Assembly (NCBI RefSeq): GCF_006345805.1
Contig: NC_042998.1
Location: forward strand, 160,518,001 to 160,582,000
Direction: 5' to 3'
From: Octopus sinensis
Lineage: Eukaryota
DNA length: 64,000 bases
How positions within the stretch are numbered: the stretch's first letter is position 1; the number at the start of each line of letters is the position of its first letter. The notes beneath the pieces were generated by a model. The model was not told the DNA's origin, ran no database searches, and saw nothing but the letters and a program-made list of their open reading frames with translations. Of this stretch, positions 13,853-27,001 are shown piece by piece. A program made the position numbers and the translations under genes.

Positions 13853-14934
13853 GAATAGTAAGTCTACTCTTTAAATATTCTTACAACTGTCAGGGTTAGT
13901 GTTGTAAATTTGTTGAGTTGAGCTCAGTCATTGGTACTCAATAACTAGAAACAGTGCAGACAAATTACCTCCTTACTATTAAAACGACCTTATATTTCAA
14001 GAAGCCAACAGAGATTAGTAGTTAGGATGAATCTACTATATCTTTGGCATTGAGACAGCTACCCAAATAGTGATGTATGCTGATTACATTAGCAAAAGGT
14101 TACATACTCTTTTAAATGCCATAAAAATATTAAACCAGCTCTTTCAATAGAAAATATCATAGACAATGTAACATAAATGCATTCATTTACCTGATAAAAA
14201 AAAATCAAGTTCTTTTTTTTTTCTGTTACATAACACCATTTCTGTTACGGATTACGTAAAGTAAAAAAAAATAATAATAAAACATTTATAGTAAGTAGGA
14301 TGTTAAAATTTATGGCATGTTTATCTGAATGGTCAGCTAAAAGCAAAATTTACTAAGCTAATCTGGTCAGTATAGTTTAATAAAAAGCAAGAAAAAATTT
14401 AAAAAACAGCCTTGATATAATATATGTAACATTTATTGAATATTCTTAGAAGTTGTAACAAGTTTATCCGAAAGGGTAAACACAGTGTTTGATAATCTGG
14501 CTGGAATAGTTGAATAAAAATTTCCTATTATATCTAGCTTTTTGTTATGTATTCTGAGGCGTCTCAGTGACCAAATGGATGAGGTATAGGCTTACAGCTT
14601 GAGCAGTTGGGAGTTCTTTTCTTCATTTCCTATCCACTGGCATGCTGCCTAACTCATCCTGCTTAACTTCTGTACAAAAATAACACTGGAAATTAAAGAA
14701 TAGCTGATTGTGTGTGTGTGTGTGTTGCATTGGTTTGGTTTGATATAACATTCACCTTGAGATTAGTAATCTTACTGTCTTCTGCTATTAATTTATGCCT
14801 GTGTGGATAGTGTGTACTTATCATACAGCCAACCTATTATCAAAACATACATACAATTTTCTCTATATAAAGCATGTGGGTGTGAATGTGTGTGAGTACA
14901 CAGACACACTCACTCACACACACATATGTATATC

Positions 14935-15236
14935 CTGGAACTTCGTTGGTTATGACAACGAAGATTCCAGTTGATTTGACCAACCTGCTTGTGAAATTAA
15001 TGCCCAATTAGCTGAGCACTCTATAAACACATGTACCCACAGCATAGTTCCCAGCAAGATTCAGTGTGACAAGGTTGGTCCTTTGAATTACAGGTAAAAT
15101 TCATATTTGCCTACTGAGTGAATTGGAGCAATAAGAATTAAAACAGTTTGCTCAAGGACACGACACACTACTGGGAATCAAACTCATGACCTTATGATTA
15201 TGTGCCATTAGCCTGACCACTAAGCCACTTGCCTTC
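14935..15236 (-). mobile_element. tRNA-derived SINE, family C (V-domain-like TGTCCTTGAGCAA core)
   Basis: The reverse complement has A-box GTGGCTTAGTGGT, B-box GAGTTTGATTCCC and GTGTCCTTGAGCAA; related copies near 25615, 42640, 57356 and 63640. Confidence 0.7.
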
Positions 15237-15245
15237 ACACACACA

Positions 15246-15311
<66 letters not shown>

Positions 15312-15329
15312 AGACTATGTTGGTTTGGT

Positions 15330-15810
15330 TATGTGATATGGATGGATGTCGACAGCTCCATGAAGTGCCGATCTTTCAAAGTGGAAACCCAAGAAAACAT
15401 GGGATGAAGTACTCAAGAATGACCTCAGGAAGCTGAACCTTTCAGGCAAGATGACAAAGGGCCAAGATACCTGGTGCCTGGCCTTACTCAACAATACCTG
15501 TACCCTGCAGCAGAAGTGCTAAGACCAATTCTGGTAGTGGTGTAAAACATTTGTGGCTGTGTCATGTAAAAGCCCCTATGTGGTGTCACATAAAAACGCC
15601 TGTGCAGTGCCATGCAAAAGTGCTTGTGTAGTGCCATTTAAAAGTACCCCAGCACTCTCTGTAAAGTGATTGGAATTAGGAAGGGCATCCACCCATAGAA
15701 ACCATGCCAAATCAGATTGGAGCCTGGTGCAGCCTTCCAACATGCCAGCTCTGGTCAAACTATCCAACCCATACCAACATGGACAACAGATGTTAAACGA
15801 TGATGATGAT
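15330..15810 (+). mobile_element. Decayed RTE 3' end
   Basis: G.PRKTWDEV-like remnant followed by the same 3' UTR and (GAT)n tail. Confidence 0.75.
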
Positions 15811-16433
15811 AAGTATGTATATATCTCTGCTGACATATGTGTTTCTGTGTGTATGCAAATATTCTTCACATTCATCAAGAACCTACATCCCATGCAAAGT
15901 AAACAAAAATGGCCCAGTAGGGCTAAGGTAAGGTTTAAGCAAAGATATATGAAATATATTATCAAAATGGAATTAACTGCAAAATCAAGGCATACATATT
16001 AAAATACAGATACATGTGTTTTTTCATATATTGTGTTTGTTAATATGTGTTTAAGTTTGTGTATGTGTATTTATAGATATGCATAATTATGTGGGTGTGT
16101 GTACATGGTGTTTGTGTGTGTGTGTATGTATATAGAGTGAGAGAGAGAGAGAGAGGGCGTACCCACAATCATACATACACACATATCTTCATTCATTCGA
16201 GTGTGTATGTGTACATATACCTATATTCTACATATGTTTGAGGACTATTCACGTGTGTGTGTGTATGTGTGTATATATGTGTGTGAGTGCATGAATGTGC
16301 ATGTGTAACAGGAAGTTCTCAATTGCCACTGATTGAACATATTTTCGTACTGTATTCATAAAAATTATCCGTAGGTTTTGGCAAATTCTTCCTATATATG
16401 AAGCATGATATTAATTTAAGGAGAAAAAAAGAA

Positions 16434-16486
<53 letters not shown>

Positions 16487-16989
16487 TAATTGTGAAAAGG
16501 TAAATTTCTATTTCTTTACTTTGGCTAAGGTTTTTGTGATGGTTATTGGAGGTGGTGAGGAATAAAGTTTGCGAGAGCAAAATGAAAATATGTATCTTTT
16601 CATAACATTACGGACTGCTTACTTTTATTTTATATAGTTTAACAAAGCATTTATTTGGCAGGTACAAATCCAGTTGATATTATTTTAGTATTTGATTCGT
16701 TGGAAGCAGCATGAAGCGAGGATTGTTGTCACTAGGCCTGAGCCAACATAAAATAAATACCATCATGAGCAATATTCAAACTATAGTGAAGGCAAATCAC
16801 AGGATTTGGTTAAAAAGAGATGAATGAGCAAGTGGGACCCCATCTAAGTGAGGTACGACCAGTGCACAATAGTGCCTTGAATCTTACACATTCACTCCTG
16901 ATGAACCAAAAAGTCTGCTAGTGTCTGGTGTACAGAGCAGTAAACTGCTAGCACTTGTATCTGCAGCTTATTTAGAAACAATATCTGTA

Positions 16990-17645
16990 GGTGCAGGCAT
17001 GGCTATGTGGTAAGAAGCTTACTTCTTAGCTTACTAAGAAGGCGGTGAGCTGGCAGAAACATTTGCACGCTGGGCGAAATACTTAGCAGTATTTTGTCTG
17101 CCATTATGTTCTGAGTTCAAATTCTGCTGAGGTCGACCTTGCCTTTCATCCTTTTGGGGTCAATAAATTAAGTACCAATTATGCACTGGGGTCAATGTAG
17201 TCAACTTAATCTCCTTGTCTGTCCTTGTTTGTCCCCTCTATGTTTAGCCCCTTGTGGGCAATAAAGAAAGAAAGTAAAAAGCTTACTTCCCAATCAGATG
17301 GACCAGGTTCAGTCCCACTGAGTAGTATCTTACAAGTGTTTTCTACTATAAACTCAGGCCAACCAAAGCCTTGTAAGTGGATTCAATAGACAGAAAGAAG
17401 CCTGTTGTATATACAGAATATAGATGTATTGTATATATATCTATGTGTGTCTTTGTCTGTGTTTGTCTCTCACCACCACTTGGCAACCAGTGTTGGTGTG
17501 TTTATGTCCTAGTAACTTAGCGGTTTAACAAAAGAGACTGATACAATAAGTACTAGTTCTTAAAAAACAAATTCTAAATTAGTTGATTTGTTTGACTAAA
17601 ACCCTTTAAAGGTGGCACCCTAGCATGGCTGCAGTCAAATGACAT
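16990..17645 (+). mobile_element. Family A SINE with a family B SINE (17038-17275) nested in its head
   Basis: The SINE A head breaks after AAGCTTACTTC and resumes with AAGCTTACTTCCCAATC at about 17279; a SINE B starting AAGGCGGTGAGCTGGCAGAA lies between. Confidence 0.8.
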
Positions 17646-17937
17646 CTTTGAAAAGTATTTCAATATTGTAGGTACAAGTTTGGCTATCTGGTAAGATACT
17701 TGCTTCCCAACCACATGGTTCCGGGTTTAGTCCCACTGTGGGGCTCTCCTGTGTCAGAGAGACTGCATCATTCATGTCTTTACATATTTTGTATACCATG
17801 TATTCTTCTTATCTCATCTTTCCTGTCCTCTCTCTTTCTTTCATCTTTTAATGTAAATTCCCATGCAAATTGCAAACTGTTCTTCTAATGTCCCTGCCTT
17901 GCCTGATAGCCTTGTTGCAAATAAAAGAAATAATAAT

Positions 17938-18580
17938 GATTTCAAATTTTGGCACAAGGCCAGCAATTTGCAGGGAAGGGTAAGTCGATTACATTGACCC
18001 CAGTTCTTAAACTGGTACTTCTATAATCGACCCCTTAAGGATGAAAAGCAGAGTTGACCTCAGTGAAATTTGAACTCAGAACATAAATATGGACGAAATG
18101 CCACTATGCATTTAGCCCACTACAGTAACAATTCTGCCAACTCACCAAATTAGATTAATAATAATAATCTTTTCTACTAAAGGCACAAGGACTAAAATTT
18201 GAGGAGAGAAAACTAGTCGATTACATCGACACCAGTGTTTCACTGGTACTTAAATTATCGACCTCGAAAGGATGAAAGGCAAAATCAACTTCGGCAGCAT
18301 TTGAACTCAGAACCTGAAGAAGGATGAAACACTGCTAAGCATTTTGCTGGCATGCTAATGATTCTGCCAGCTCGCCGTCTTAGAAATAATAATAATAATC
18401 CTTTCTACTATAGGCACAAGGCCTGAAATTTTGGGGGAGGGGATGTATCAATTACATCAACCTCAGAGTTTCACTGGTACTTAACTTATTGACTCCAAAA
18501 GGATGAAAGGCAAAGTCAATCCTGGTAAAATTTGAACCCAGAACATTGCGACGGATGAAATACTGCTAAGCATTTTGTCA
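17938..18580 (-). mobile_element. Three head-to-tail family B SINEs separated by (AAT)n
   Basis: Units at about 17938-18148, 18168-18382 and 18400-18580. Confidence 0.85.
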
Positions 18581-18865
18581 TAGTAATTATTATTATTATG
18601 TAGTCTCATTTGCATTGCTGTTATTGATAGTAATGTAACTGGTATATCTCTATTTCTTGATTGAGGATTCAAAATGTCTCTCTTTGCTGTAATATATTGT
18701 TTGTTTTATTTTTGTATGTATTTGTTTTTCTTTCTTGGTGTAAGGGTTGAAGAATTTGTATTCATTTTCAGGATTTTGAAAAGCAATTTCCTTAAAACTG
18801 TAACATTATTCTCCTTTTGCATGGGTGGCTATTTTCATTGTCCTTCAGACTTATATGCACTTATA

Positions 18866-18920
<55 letters not shown>

Positions 18921-20184
18921 CCACCCCACATTTGCTTTGTTTTGGTGGTGGAACTTTGCAACAACCCACCTCTCAAATTCCAGTCTTAGTAAGTTCAAAT
19001 TTTCTGAACGCAAGATGGGAGTGTCAAACATTCATCAGTGTTCTTTAGTTTTTGCTTTAATAAACTACATCACATCCCTAACTCCTGCCTCAGTCCCATC
19101 ATATTTCTCTAATCATTCATAGCATACCTGGCATTCTAAGTTTTTAGATTCTATTTATTTATTCATTTATTTATTTGTTTGACTCGTTATATATACATAC
19201 ATTCCAACAAATGTTCTCGTCAATCATGCCTTCTTCCACCACCTGCACACATATACTTGTATACACACCCCCACACAGATACACATATACTCACACACAC
19301 TACAGACACAATGTGCAAACAAACATACATAAGCAAAACATGTATATGTAATTGGTGTATCCATCTTCACTTGTAAATTATCAAAGATGTGTACATCTAA
19401 TAATGTATCCTTTTTTTTGTCAAAGATTCTCAAGAATATTGTATGCAGATAGATATATTAGGAGTGTAGATATTATCTAATATGTTAAACATTTAGGCAG
19501 TTTAATTATTAGGGCTTCAGTGTTAACGGTTCCCTCGTTTCAACAAGTTTGATTTCAGAGGCAGTTCAATCCTTAAGAAATAGTAAATAATAAGGCTTAG
19601 CGCAAGTGAACTTATACTCAATCCCAATTGATTAATTGAAATCAGTTGATAGATGTTAAAGTGGAAGGAACTGAGTATGGTTCATTGTATGTGTAGCATC
19701 AACTTGAGAAAGAGATTGAAGTTGTAACTCAGAACAAGCTTAGTTGTAAGAAGTATTTGTTGAATTATCCAAAAGTGATGTATGTATTTCACTGTTGCAG
19801 TCGAAAGAATCAATAAATAAGTGCCAATATTAGATCAGCGACTTTTTCCATCAACCATTATCTCTGCAGGGTGGCTTTACAGTGTTCCAGTTTTCCCTAT
19901 CTAATATGATTTTTCAATAAAGTCTAGTGCTATCACATCTGTAATCAGAAATTGAACCTACTCTGGTCGGTTTATGATATTTCAGTGACTTCTTTCAGGT
20001 AGTGCTGATGTCAAATAATATTCATATCAATGGTGCAAATTTAATTTCTTTCTTTCTTTTTGCCAGAAAGTTAATTGAACTCCTGAATTTAACATTAAAA
20101 AGGGGTAAAAGAAAATTCTTTACCAAATTTCATGTTAGATCCTATGTTACTTATTTACATGAACTTAGAGTTGATTATAAGATA

Positions 20185-20770
20185 TCCATTCATCCATCTT
20201 CTTCACCCACTATTCCTGGTAGAGTTGTGGAGGTAGAGTCCTTAGGCACATCCTCTATAACGTCCTATCAAAAGCAACTACAATTAGACTTTTTGGCTGG
20301 ATTCTCATGTGTGACTAATTGAGCCTATGGATATTATTCAACCAACTCATTCTTGGTCTACTCTTAAGGCTCTTTCCCAGTGGATTTGGCTTGGAGAATC
20401 TATCTTGCAATTTTTTCCTGCAACATTCTATTTATATGTCCATAGAATCAGAGCTGTAATCTTTCAATGTGGAGAAGTAGCATCTTGATCTGGAGCGATC
20501 TGCTGATCTCCTAGCTACACACCCTGTTGAATTGTATATCAAACAGTCCTTTAATGTTGCATACATGCAAGACAAAACATATATGAGCTGAGAGATAACC
20601 TGAGAATAAGGAGAAGTAATCATAATATACAAGAGAGCCAAGTGGTCCAAGTAAAGGAACTTGTTGAAGAGACAGACCAAAGCAAACATTGGAAGAAGTA
20701 ATAGAGCCTGATCTCAGGATGCTGAACTTCATGATGGAGATGAAACCCATGTTCATAGGTTCATCCATAT
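20185..20770 (-). mobile_element. Decayed RTE LINE of a second lineage (Expander/Rex3-like) 3' end
   Basis: Minus-strand translation MLLLHIERLQL*FYGHINRM..AKSTGK..RPRMSW; GATG-type tail at about 20185. Confidence 0.7.
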
Positions 20771-21744
20771 CATGTTAAAAGCATAAATAAATGAATGAAT
20801 GATTGCTACCACAAAATCTGAGATGATTTTTTTTTTCTCTCACTCTAAAAAAAACTTTGCTGGACATATTGACAAATGACTCTTAATTGTCTCTTAGAAA
20901 TTATTACAATCTTTATTCAGCACAAATGAGTAATGGCTATTAGAAAGGATACACAGTAAATTATGGTTGAATGATATAGAAAGCCCCATCACTATGTATT
21001 AAATGACTCTCAATTCATTTTGGAAAAATAAGCAAAAAAGAAAAATATTAATAAACAACTTTGTCTTCAATGACTCAAAATCTTATTTTTGAAAGCTAAA
21101 TTTATTTCATCACATCCTAACAATTTTATGTAGCTCACAAAATACTGATACTATTTACTAATTATGTAAAAATAAAATAGGACTTGCATGTCACTATCGT
21201 CATTGCCATCATTATTATCATTATCATCATTGTTTTTTTTTTTTTTCTCTTTAACATTGCAATTATTTTGGAAACACTGGTTTGTAGTCTTTAACTTGGA
21301 ATGATGTTTGGGCTTTTATGGGAATATGTCAGTTGGTAGAACATGTAGAGTAGCTTAATAATACCAATCTGATGTCATTCAAGTGTGTATCATCATCAAT
21401 GTCCCTCTCATTATCATCATTGTTTTTGCTGTTGTCGTCGTCATCATTATCATCATCATACACCTTTTCCCATGCATATATGGGTTGGACAGGTCTTCTC
21501 CAAAAGTGATAGCAGTGGTGGTGATGGTGATGAAGCAGCAGCAGCAGCAACTTGCTTCCAAATCATGTAGTTTTGGGTTCAATCCCACTGTAGCAACATG
21601 AGCAAGTTTTTTTTCTATTATAGTGCAGAGCCAACTAAAGCCTTGTGAGTGGAATTGTTTGACAGAAACAGAAAGTGTGTGTATGTATGTGTGTGTATGT
21701 ATGTGTGTATTGTGTATGCATGATTTGTATCCCTTTGTATCTAG

Positions 21745-21913
21745 GAGTGGTTGTGTGGTAAGAAGCTTACTTCCCAATCACATGGTTCTGGGTTTAGTCC
21801 CACTGCATGGCACCTTGGGCAAATGTCTTCTACTATAGCCTCAGGCTGACCAAAGCCTTGTGAGCAGATTTGGTAGATGGAAACTGAAAGAAGCCTATTG
21901 TATATATATATAT

Positions 21914-21974
<61 letters not shown>

Positions 21975-22783
21975 GTATTTGTGTGTCTGTGTACCCTCAC
22001 CATCGCTTGACAATCGATGTTGGTGTGTTCACATCCCTGTAACTTAGTGGTTCTGCAAAGGAGACCAATAGAATAAGTACTAGGCTTACAAAGAATAAAT
22101 CCAGGGATCAATTTGTTTGACTTAGGGTGGTGCTCCAGCATAGCCACAGTCAAATGACCGAAACAAGTAAAAATAAATATGAGTGGCTGTGTGTTAAGAA
22201 GCTTGCTCCCCAACCACATGATTCCAGGTTCAGTCCCACTGTATGGTATTTTGGGCAAGTGTCTTCTACTATAGCCTTGGGCTGACCAAAGCCTTGTGAA
22301 TGGATTTGGTAGATGGAAACTATGTGTGTGGCACTTTGTGTCTGTGTTTGGCCCCCTACCACCACTTGACAACTGGTGTTGGTGTGTTTACATCCCTATA
22401 ACTTAGCAGTTCGGCAAAAGAGACTGATAGAATAAGTACCAGGCTTAAAAAATAAGCACTAGTGTTGATTCATTTGGCTAAAAATCCAAGTAGTGCCCCA
22501 GCGTGGCCACAGTCTAATGACTGAAACAAATAAAAGATAAAAAGTATATATATTCTTTTATATGTCTCAGCCTTGAGGCTGTGACCATGCCATATCTTTT
22601 TTCTGCTTTACTTGTCTAATCATTAGACTGTAGCCATACTGGGGAACTTTAGTCAAATGAATTGACCCCAGTACTTTTTTTAAGCCTGGTTTTTATTCTT
22701 TTGGTCTCTTTTGCTGAACTACTAAGTCATGGGAATGTAAACACACCAACACCAGTTGTCGAGTGATGTGGGGGACAAACACT

Positions 22784-22835
<52 letters not shown>

Positions 22836-22930
22836 TACATGATGAGTTATTTCAGTTTCCATGAACCAAATCCACTCACAAGCCTTTGGTTGGCTCTGAA
22901 GCTATAGTAGAAGACACTTGCCCAAAGTCT
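21745..22930. mobile_element. Cluster of family A SINEs: two tandem + copies (21745-22178, 22180-22545) and one - copy (about 22600-22930)
   Basis: Recognisable heads, cores and tails; (TA)n and (CA)n central microsatellites. Confidence 0.9.
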
Positions 22931-23267
22931 AAAGATATATATATAAATATGTAACGTGTGTATTATTCAGATTCTCACTTTCAGAATACCAAATTTAGAT
23001 GTTAAAAAAAAAAAAAAAATTATTATTTTTATCTTCTGCAAGCTGGTTGAAATGGATGTAGTATCCTTTTTTTTTCTTCATTTAGATTGGTGGAATTAAT
23101 ATAATTAATGTTCAGTTTGAATATGTTTGTCACTATTTGTTGGGGAACATATGGATAATGAGGGAATACATGGGTAAAAATGTCAGATATTTTTCCATTA
23201 TATTATGCATTTAATCTTGTTATAACAACAAATAAATGGTATTTTTGTTTCGTTTTTCTCTTCATAG

Positions 23268-23535
23268 ATGGGTCAACTGAGTGGAGTTAGAAGGCTAACA
23301 CGAAATCCCCTCATGATTCGATTTGCTTATTTTGGATGTAGGAACCGGCCATTTTTTCACATTGTTGTGATTCCCCAACGAAAGCCTCGAAATGCTACAT
23401 GTATTGAGCAAATTGGTACCTACGATCCTACAGTGAATAAGTTTGGTGAGAGCTTAGTAGCCGTCAACTTTAGCCGACTGAAATATTATGTTGGAGCTGG
23501 TGCACAGTTCAGTAAACCTGTTGCAGAACTTTTAG
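23268..23535 (+). CDS. MRPS16: Mitochondrial ribosomal protein S16 (bS16m), first coding exon (89 codons plus 1 nt)
   Basis: S16 signature IRFAYFGCRNRPFFHIVV..RN..IEQIGTYDP..N..E.LVAVNF.R.KYY..GAQFSKPVAELLG. Polypyrimidine tract and AG at 23266-23267; donor G|GTAAG after 23535, the same LLG phase-1 position I recall for vertebrate MRPS16. Confidence 0.95.
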
Positions 23536-24489
23536 GTAAGAGCTATTTCCATTTTTTTATTATTATTGTGTGCTATGTATACTTGCTTTAGAACCTGTTT
23601 ATTTACATAACAGGAAGTATGTGATCTCTGCTTGTTTCTAGAAGTTTCCATCTCATAGCATATTAATGATACCTCAAATAATGCTTGTATTGATCCTGAA
23701 TATATTGTCATTGAATTTCATAAATGCAGCCAAATAACAATACTCTGTTTCTCTCACAATCACTCCCACTCTCTTTTCCACTTCCTCTCTTCTAGTCTCC
23801 TCCACTCTACACCTCTCTCTCTCTCTCTCTCTCTCTCTCAATGCCATTCTCTCTTTGTCAATGCCATTTTCTCTTTCCCAAGCACAACTAATCTTTGATG
23901 TTGTTTTTTTTCACCTACCTGCACATTTTCCCTCTCATATACTCATTCCCATATACTTCCATCTTACATTCCTCCATTTCTAAATTGAATTATGTTTTAT
24001 AATTATCATAAAACATGTTCACACACACTCATACACACATGTATACAGATGTATTACTACAGTGATCCATAAATGGACACAACACAATCTTGAGTGTAAC
24101 TGTAAAAGTAGAGTAAAAGATTTTACTAAGGGATTTACAACCCTTGTATGAAAAGCATGAAAGCCTTTGAATCCCAGCTTTTTATATGTTGATTTTAGAT
24201 AAAAACAGTATGACTTACTCTCAAAAGCTGTTTCTCCATTGAGTTCAGCATTGGATATGAACCTTCTTGAGAGCTCTCCTGATTCTATGATACAAATTCT
24301 TTGTTTTAAAGTAATCTATAATAAAACTTTGTATCAAAATTTCATATTATTTATGTTCCAACCATCAGCTTAAAAATGCCTAAAATACTTTGTTGCATTC
24401 TTCATTCTTTATTTTTCTTTTCATAATTGATTGAAATAAAGACATATTACAACAAAAATATGGTAACTAAAGATAATATTTACACTCAC

Positions 24490-24861
24490 TTAAACATGCA
24501 TTCTCAGTTAGAACAAACTATACTGTGATAGATGCCTTGAGAGAAATTCCCACTCTTGTTTATATCACTAGTGAGGAGACAAATCCTTGCCATCTTCAGC
24601 ACTGAGACAAGAGTGTATTTTGCCCCAAATGTTTTAACAGAACATCTAAGTGGAGATAAATATTATCTCGTGGTCGAGCGTCCATCATTGACTAGACCAA
24701 CGGAGGTCAAAATCACATGATGGTAATCGCAGCACTGGAGATGGCAGGGATTTATCTCCCCGCTAGTGATATAAACAAGCTTGCATTTTGCACCAATTTG
24801 ACAGTTTCTCTCATGATATCTACCACAGTATAGCTTGTTCCAACAGAACACCCATGTTTAA
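24490..24861. mobile_element. Foldback/MITE with long imperfect inverted arms, bounded by TTAA
   Basis: 24490-24608 is the reverse complement of about 24727-24861 (e.g. CTTGTTTATATCACTAG / CTAGTGATATAAACAAG; TTAAACATG / CATGTTTAA). Confidence 0.8.
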
Positions 24862-25893
24862 ATGGGGATAGGTATTATCCCTCAATATTAATACTGCCTC
24901 TGTTGCTAGTATATATTTGGTAACTAATGGGTTAAATTCAGAAAAAACATTAACAAACTTTATAATATCAATAAATATGTAGTAACACACACACATGTAC
25001 ACACATGCATACACACACACACATACACACACACACTGCAAGTATAACTTGTTAAATCAAAATAGCTATGTATGAGTAATTCCTCTCTATGAATGTAATA
25101 ATCAGCTGTAGCCAGTGTCAGTAAGTTTATTTAATGCATCAGTGACAACTACAACATATGATATGCAATGAGAATGACAGTTGTTTTTCGTGCAGTCTTG
25201 ATTAAACCCCTGGTCAGACTCAATGCTACTGTCACCCTGTGCATTTTGACACGCAGTGGCTTATCATATGGGGGTACTGAGTGGCAGGCTGTCTTGTGTT
25301 TTCTGCTTTTTATGATGCTTATTAGAATGTCTTGTGTAACCTAATTTGTTTACATACTCTACAAAATCTCTTAATATGAAAACAGTTTTTCTCTGTGGTA
25401 CACACACACACACATTGTTATGTGTGTGCATATATATCTGTATATATGCTTATAAATATATACGTGAAAATACGTATGTGTATATATACATACACATAAA
25501 TATATGTTTGTGTACATTAATTTGTGTGTGTGTGTGTGTGTGTGCATGTATATATATATATAATATATATATATGTATGTATGTATGTATATGTACACAC
25601 ACACATATGTGAAGGTGTGTAGCCTAGTAGTTTTGGTTGTTGCACTTATGATCGCTAGATTGTGGGTTCAATTCCCAGACCAGGCAGCATGTTGTGTTCT
25701 TGAGCAAAGCACTTCATTTCAGGTTGCTCCAAGTGTACTTTTTTGATCTGGGGAAAATGTTGGTCTACCTTCCTAACCAGCAGAGTTATGTCATTTGAAG
25801 GCTAATACAATGCAAAGTGCATTGTGACCAGCAATTTGTAATAGCATCACATGGTCATGTGATCATTTGATATACATATATATATATATATTC

Positions 25894-25949
25894 TAGCAAA
25901 AACTGTCTGATGAACGGCAACGAGAAACTCAGAGTAACAGATTTTGTTG
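25894..25949 (+). ncRNA. Minimal type I hammerhead ribozyme in an about 85-bp PLE 3'-end fragment inserted in (TA)n
   Basis: Stem I TAGCAAAAACTGT/ACAGATTTTGTTG; core CTGATGA 25907-25913; stem II aCG-GCAA-CGa; GAAA 25924-25927; stem III ACTC-A-GAGT; GUA cleavage triplet; AATAAA downstream; (TA)n on both sides. Confidence 0.8.
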
Positions 25950-25973
25950 AATTTTCTGCTGCTTAAAATAAAG

Positions 25974-26004
<31 letters not shown>

Positions 26005-26054
26005 AATAATGAAGTCAAACTAAATAATAGTATTTTGAAATTATTTCATACATA

Positions 26055-26201
26055 ATTCTTTTATAGGGCTTAGAAAAACTGAAGGACCGCTGCAATAAGT
26101 GTGTGAATCTGAGAGGGGAATATGTTGAATAAAATCATAATTAATTGATCCCTTTGTATTTTCTTTTACTTAAAGCCTGGCACTTTTCAGCACCTTCCTT
26201 G
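26055..26201 (+). mobile_element. mariner 3'-terminal fragment
   Basis: Encodes GLEKLKDRCNKCVNLRGEYVE* (mariner C-terminus), followed by a TIR-like ACTTTTCAGCACC..G|TA. Confidence 0.8.
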
Positions 26202-26534
26202 TATAATTGGAAATGCATCCATTATGTAAACCTGGTACCATACACCACTTCTTAGAACTTAATACAGGATTGTATATATAATATCTTGTTATTTTTAAAA
26301 GGTAGAAGTTATAAAGTGATTTAAGGGCTGAGAGTTTTGTGCATGGGTCTTTCATAAATGGCAAACACTTGGCCTTTGAGTTATATTGTAACTTCTGCTG
26401 ATTAAAAATAATAAAAAAAGTGTTGTCAAGAACACCACCACCATCATGATGATGACCACAACCTCTATCATATGTCTGTTTTTCCATGCTGGCATGGGTT
26501 GAACTGGTCTTTTACAGCCCTTGGTCATCAAGTA

Positions 26535-26934
26535 TATCTCTTTTACTTGTTTCAGTCATTTGACTGTGGCCATGCTGGAGCACCACCTTTAGTCGAACAA
26601 ATCGACCCCAGGACTTATTCTTTGGAAGCCTAGTACTTATTCCATTGGTCTCTTTTATTCCATGCTGGCTTGGGTTGAACTGGTCTTTTACAGTCCTTGG
26701 TCATCAGGTATATCTCTTTTATCTCTTTTACTTGTTTCAGTCATTTGACTGTGACCATGCTGGAGCACCACCTTTAGTCGAGCAAATCGACCCCAGGACT
26801 TCTTCTTTGGAAGCCTAGTACTTATTCCATTGGTCTCTTTTACCGAACTGCTATGTTAAGGGGACATAAACACACCAGTATCGGTTGTCAAGTGATGTTG
26901 GGGGGACAAACACAGACACACAAACATATACACT

Positions 26935-27001
<67 letters not shown>

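Noticed and set aside
16662-16852. Possible non-coding upstream exon of MRPS16
   Set aside because: Only generic AG and GT signals; cannot be supported without transcripts.
23536-23591. ORF-track extension of MRPS16 (KSYFHFFIIIVCYVYLL)
   Set aside because: Read-through past a canonical G|GTAAG donor; no S16 similarity.
26050-26100. TTTTATAG acceptor-like site as the next MRPS16 exon
   Set aside because: Splicing would give GLRKTEGPLQ*, not the conserved S16 continuation; the sequence is a mariner 3' end.
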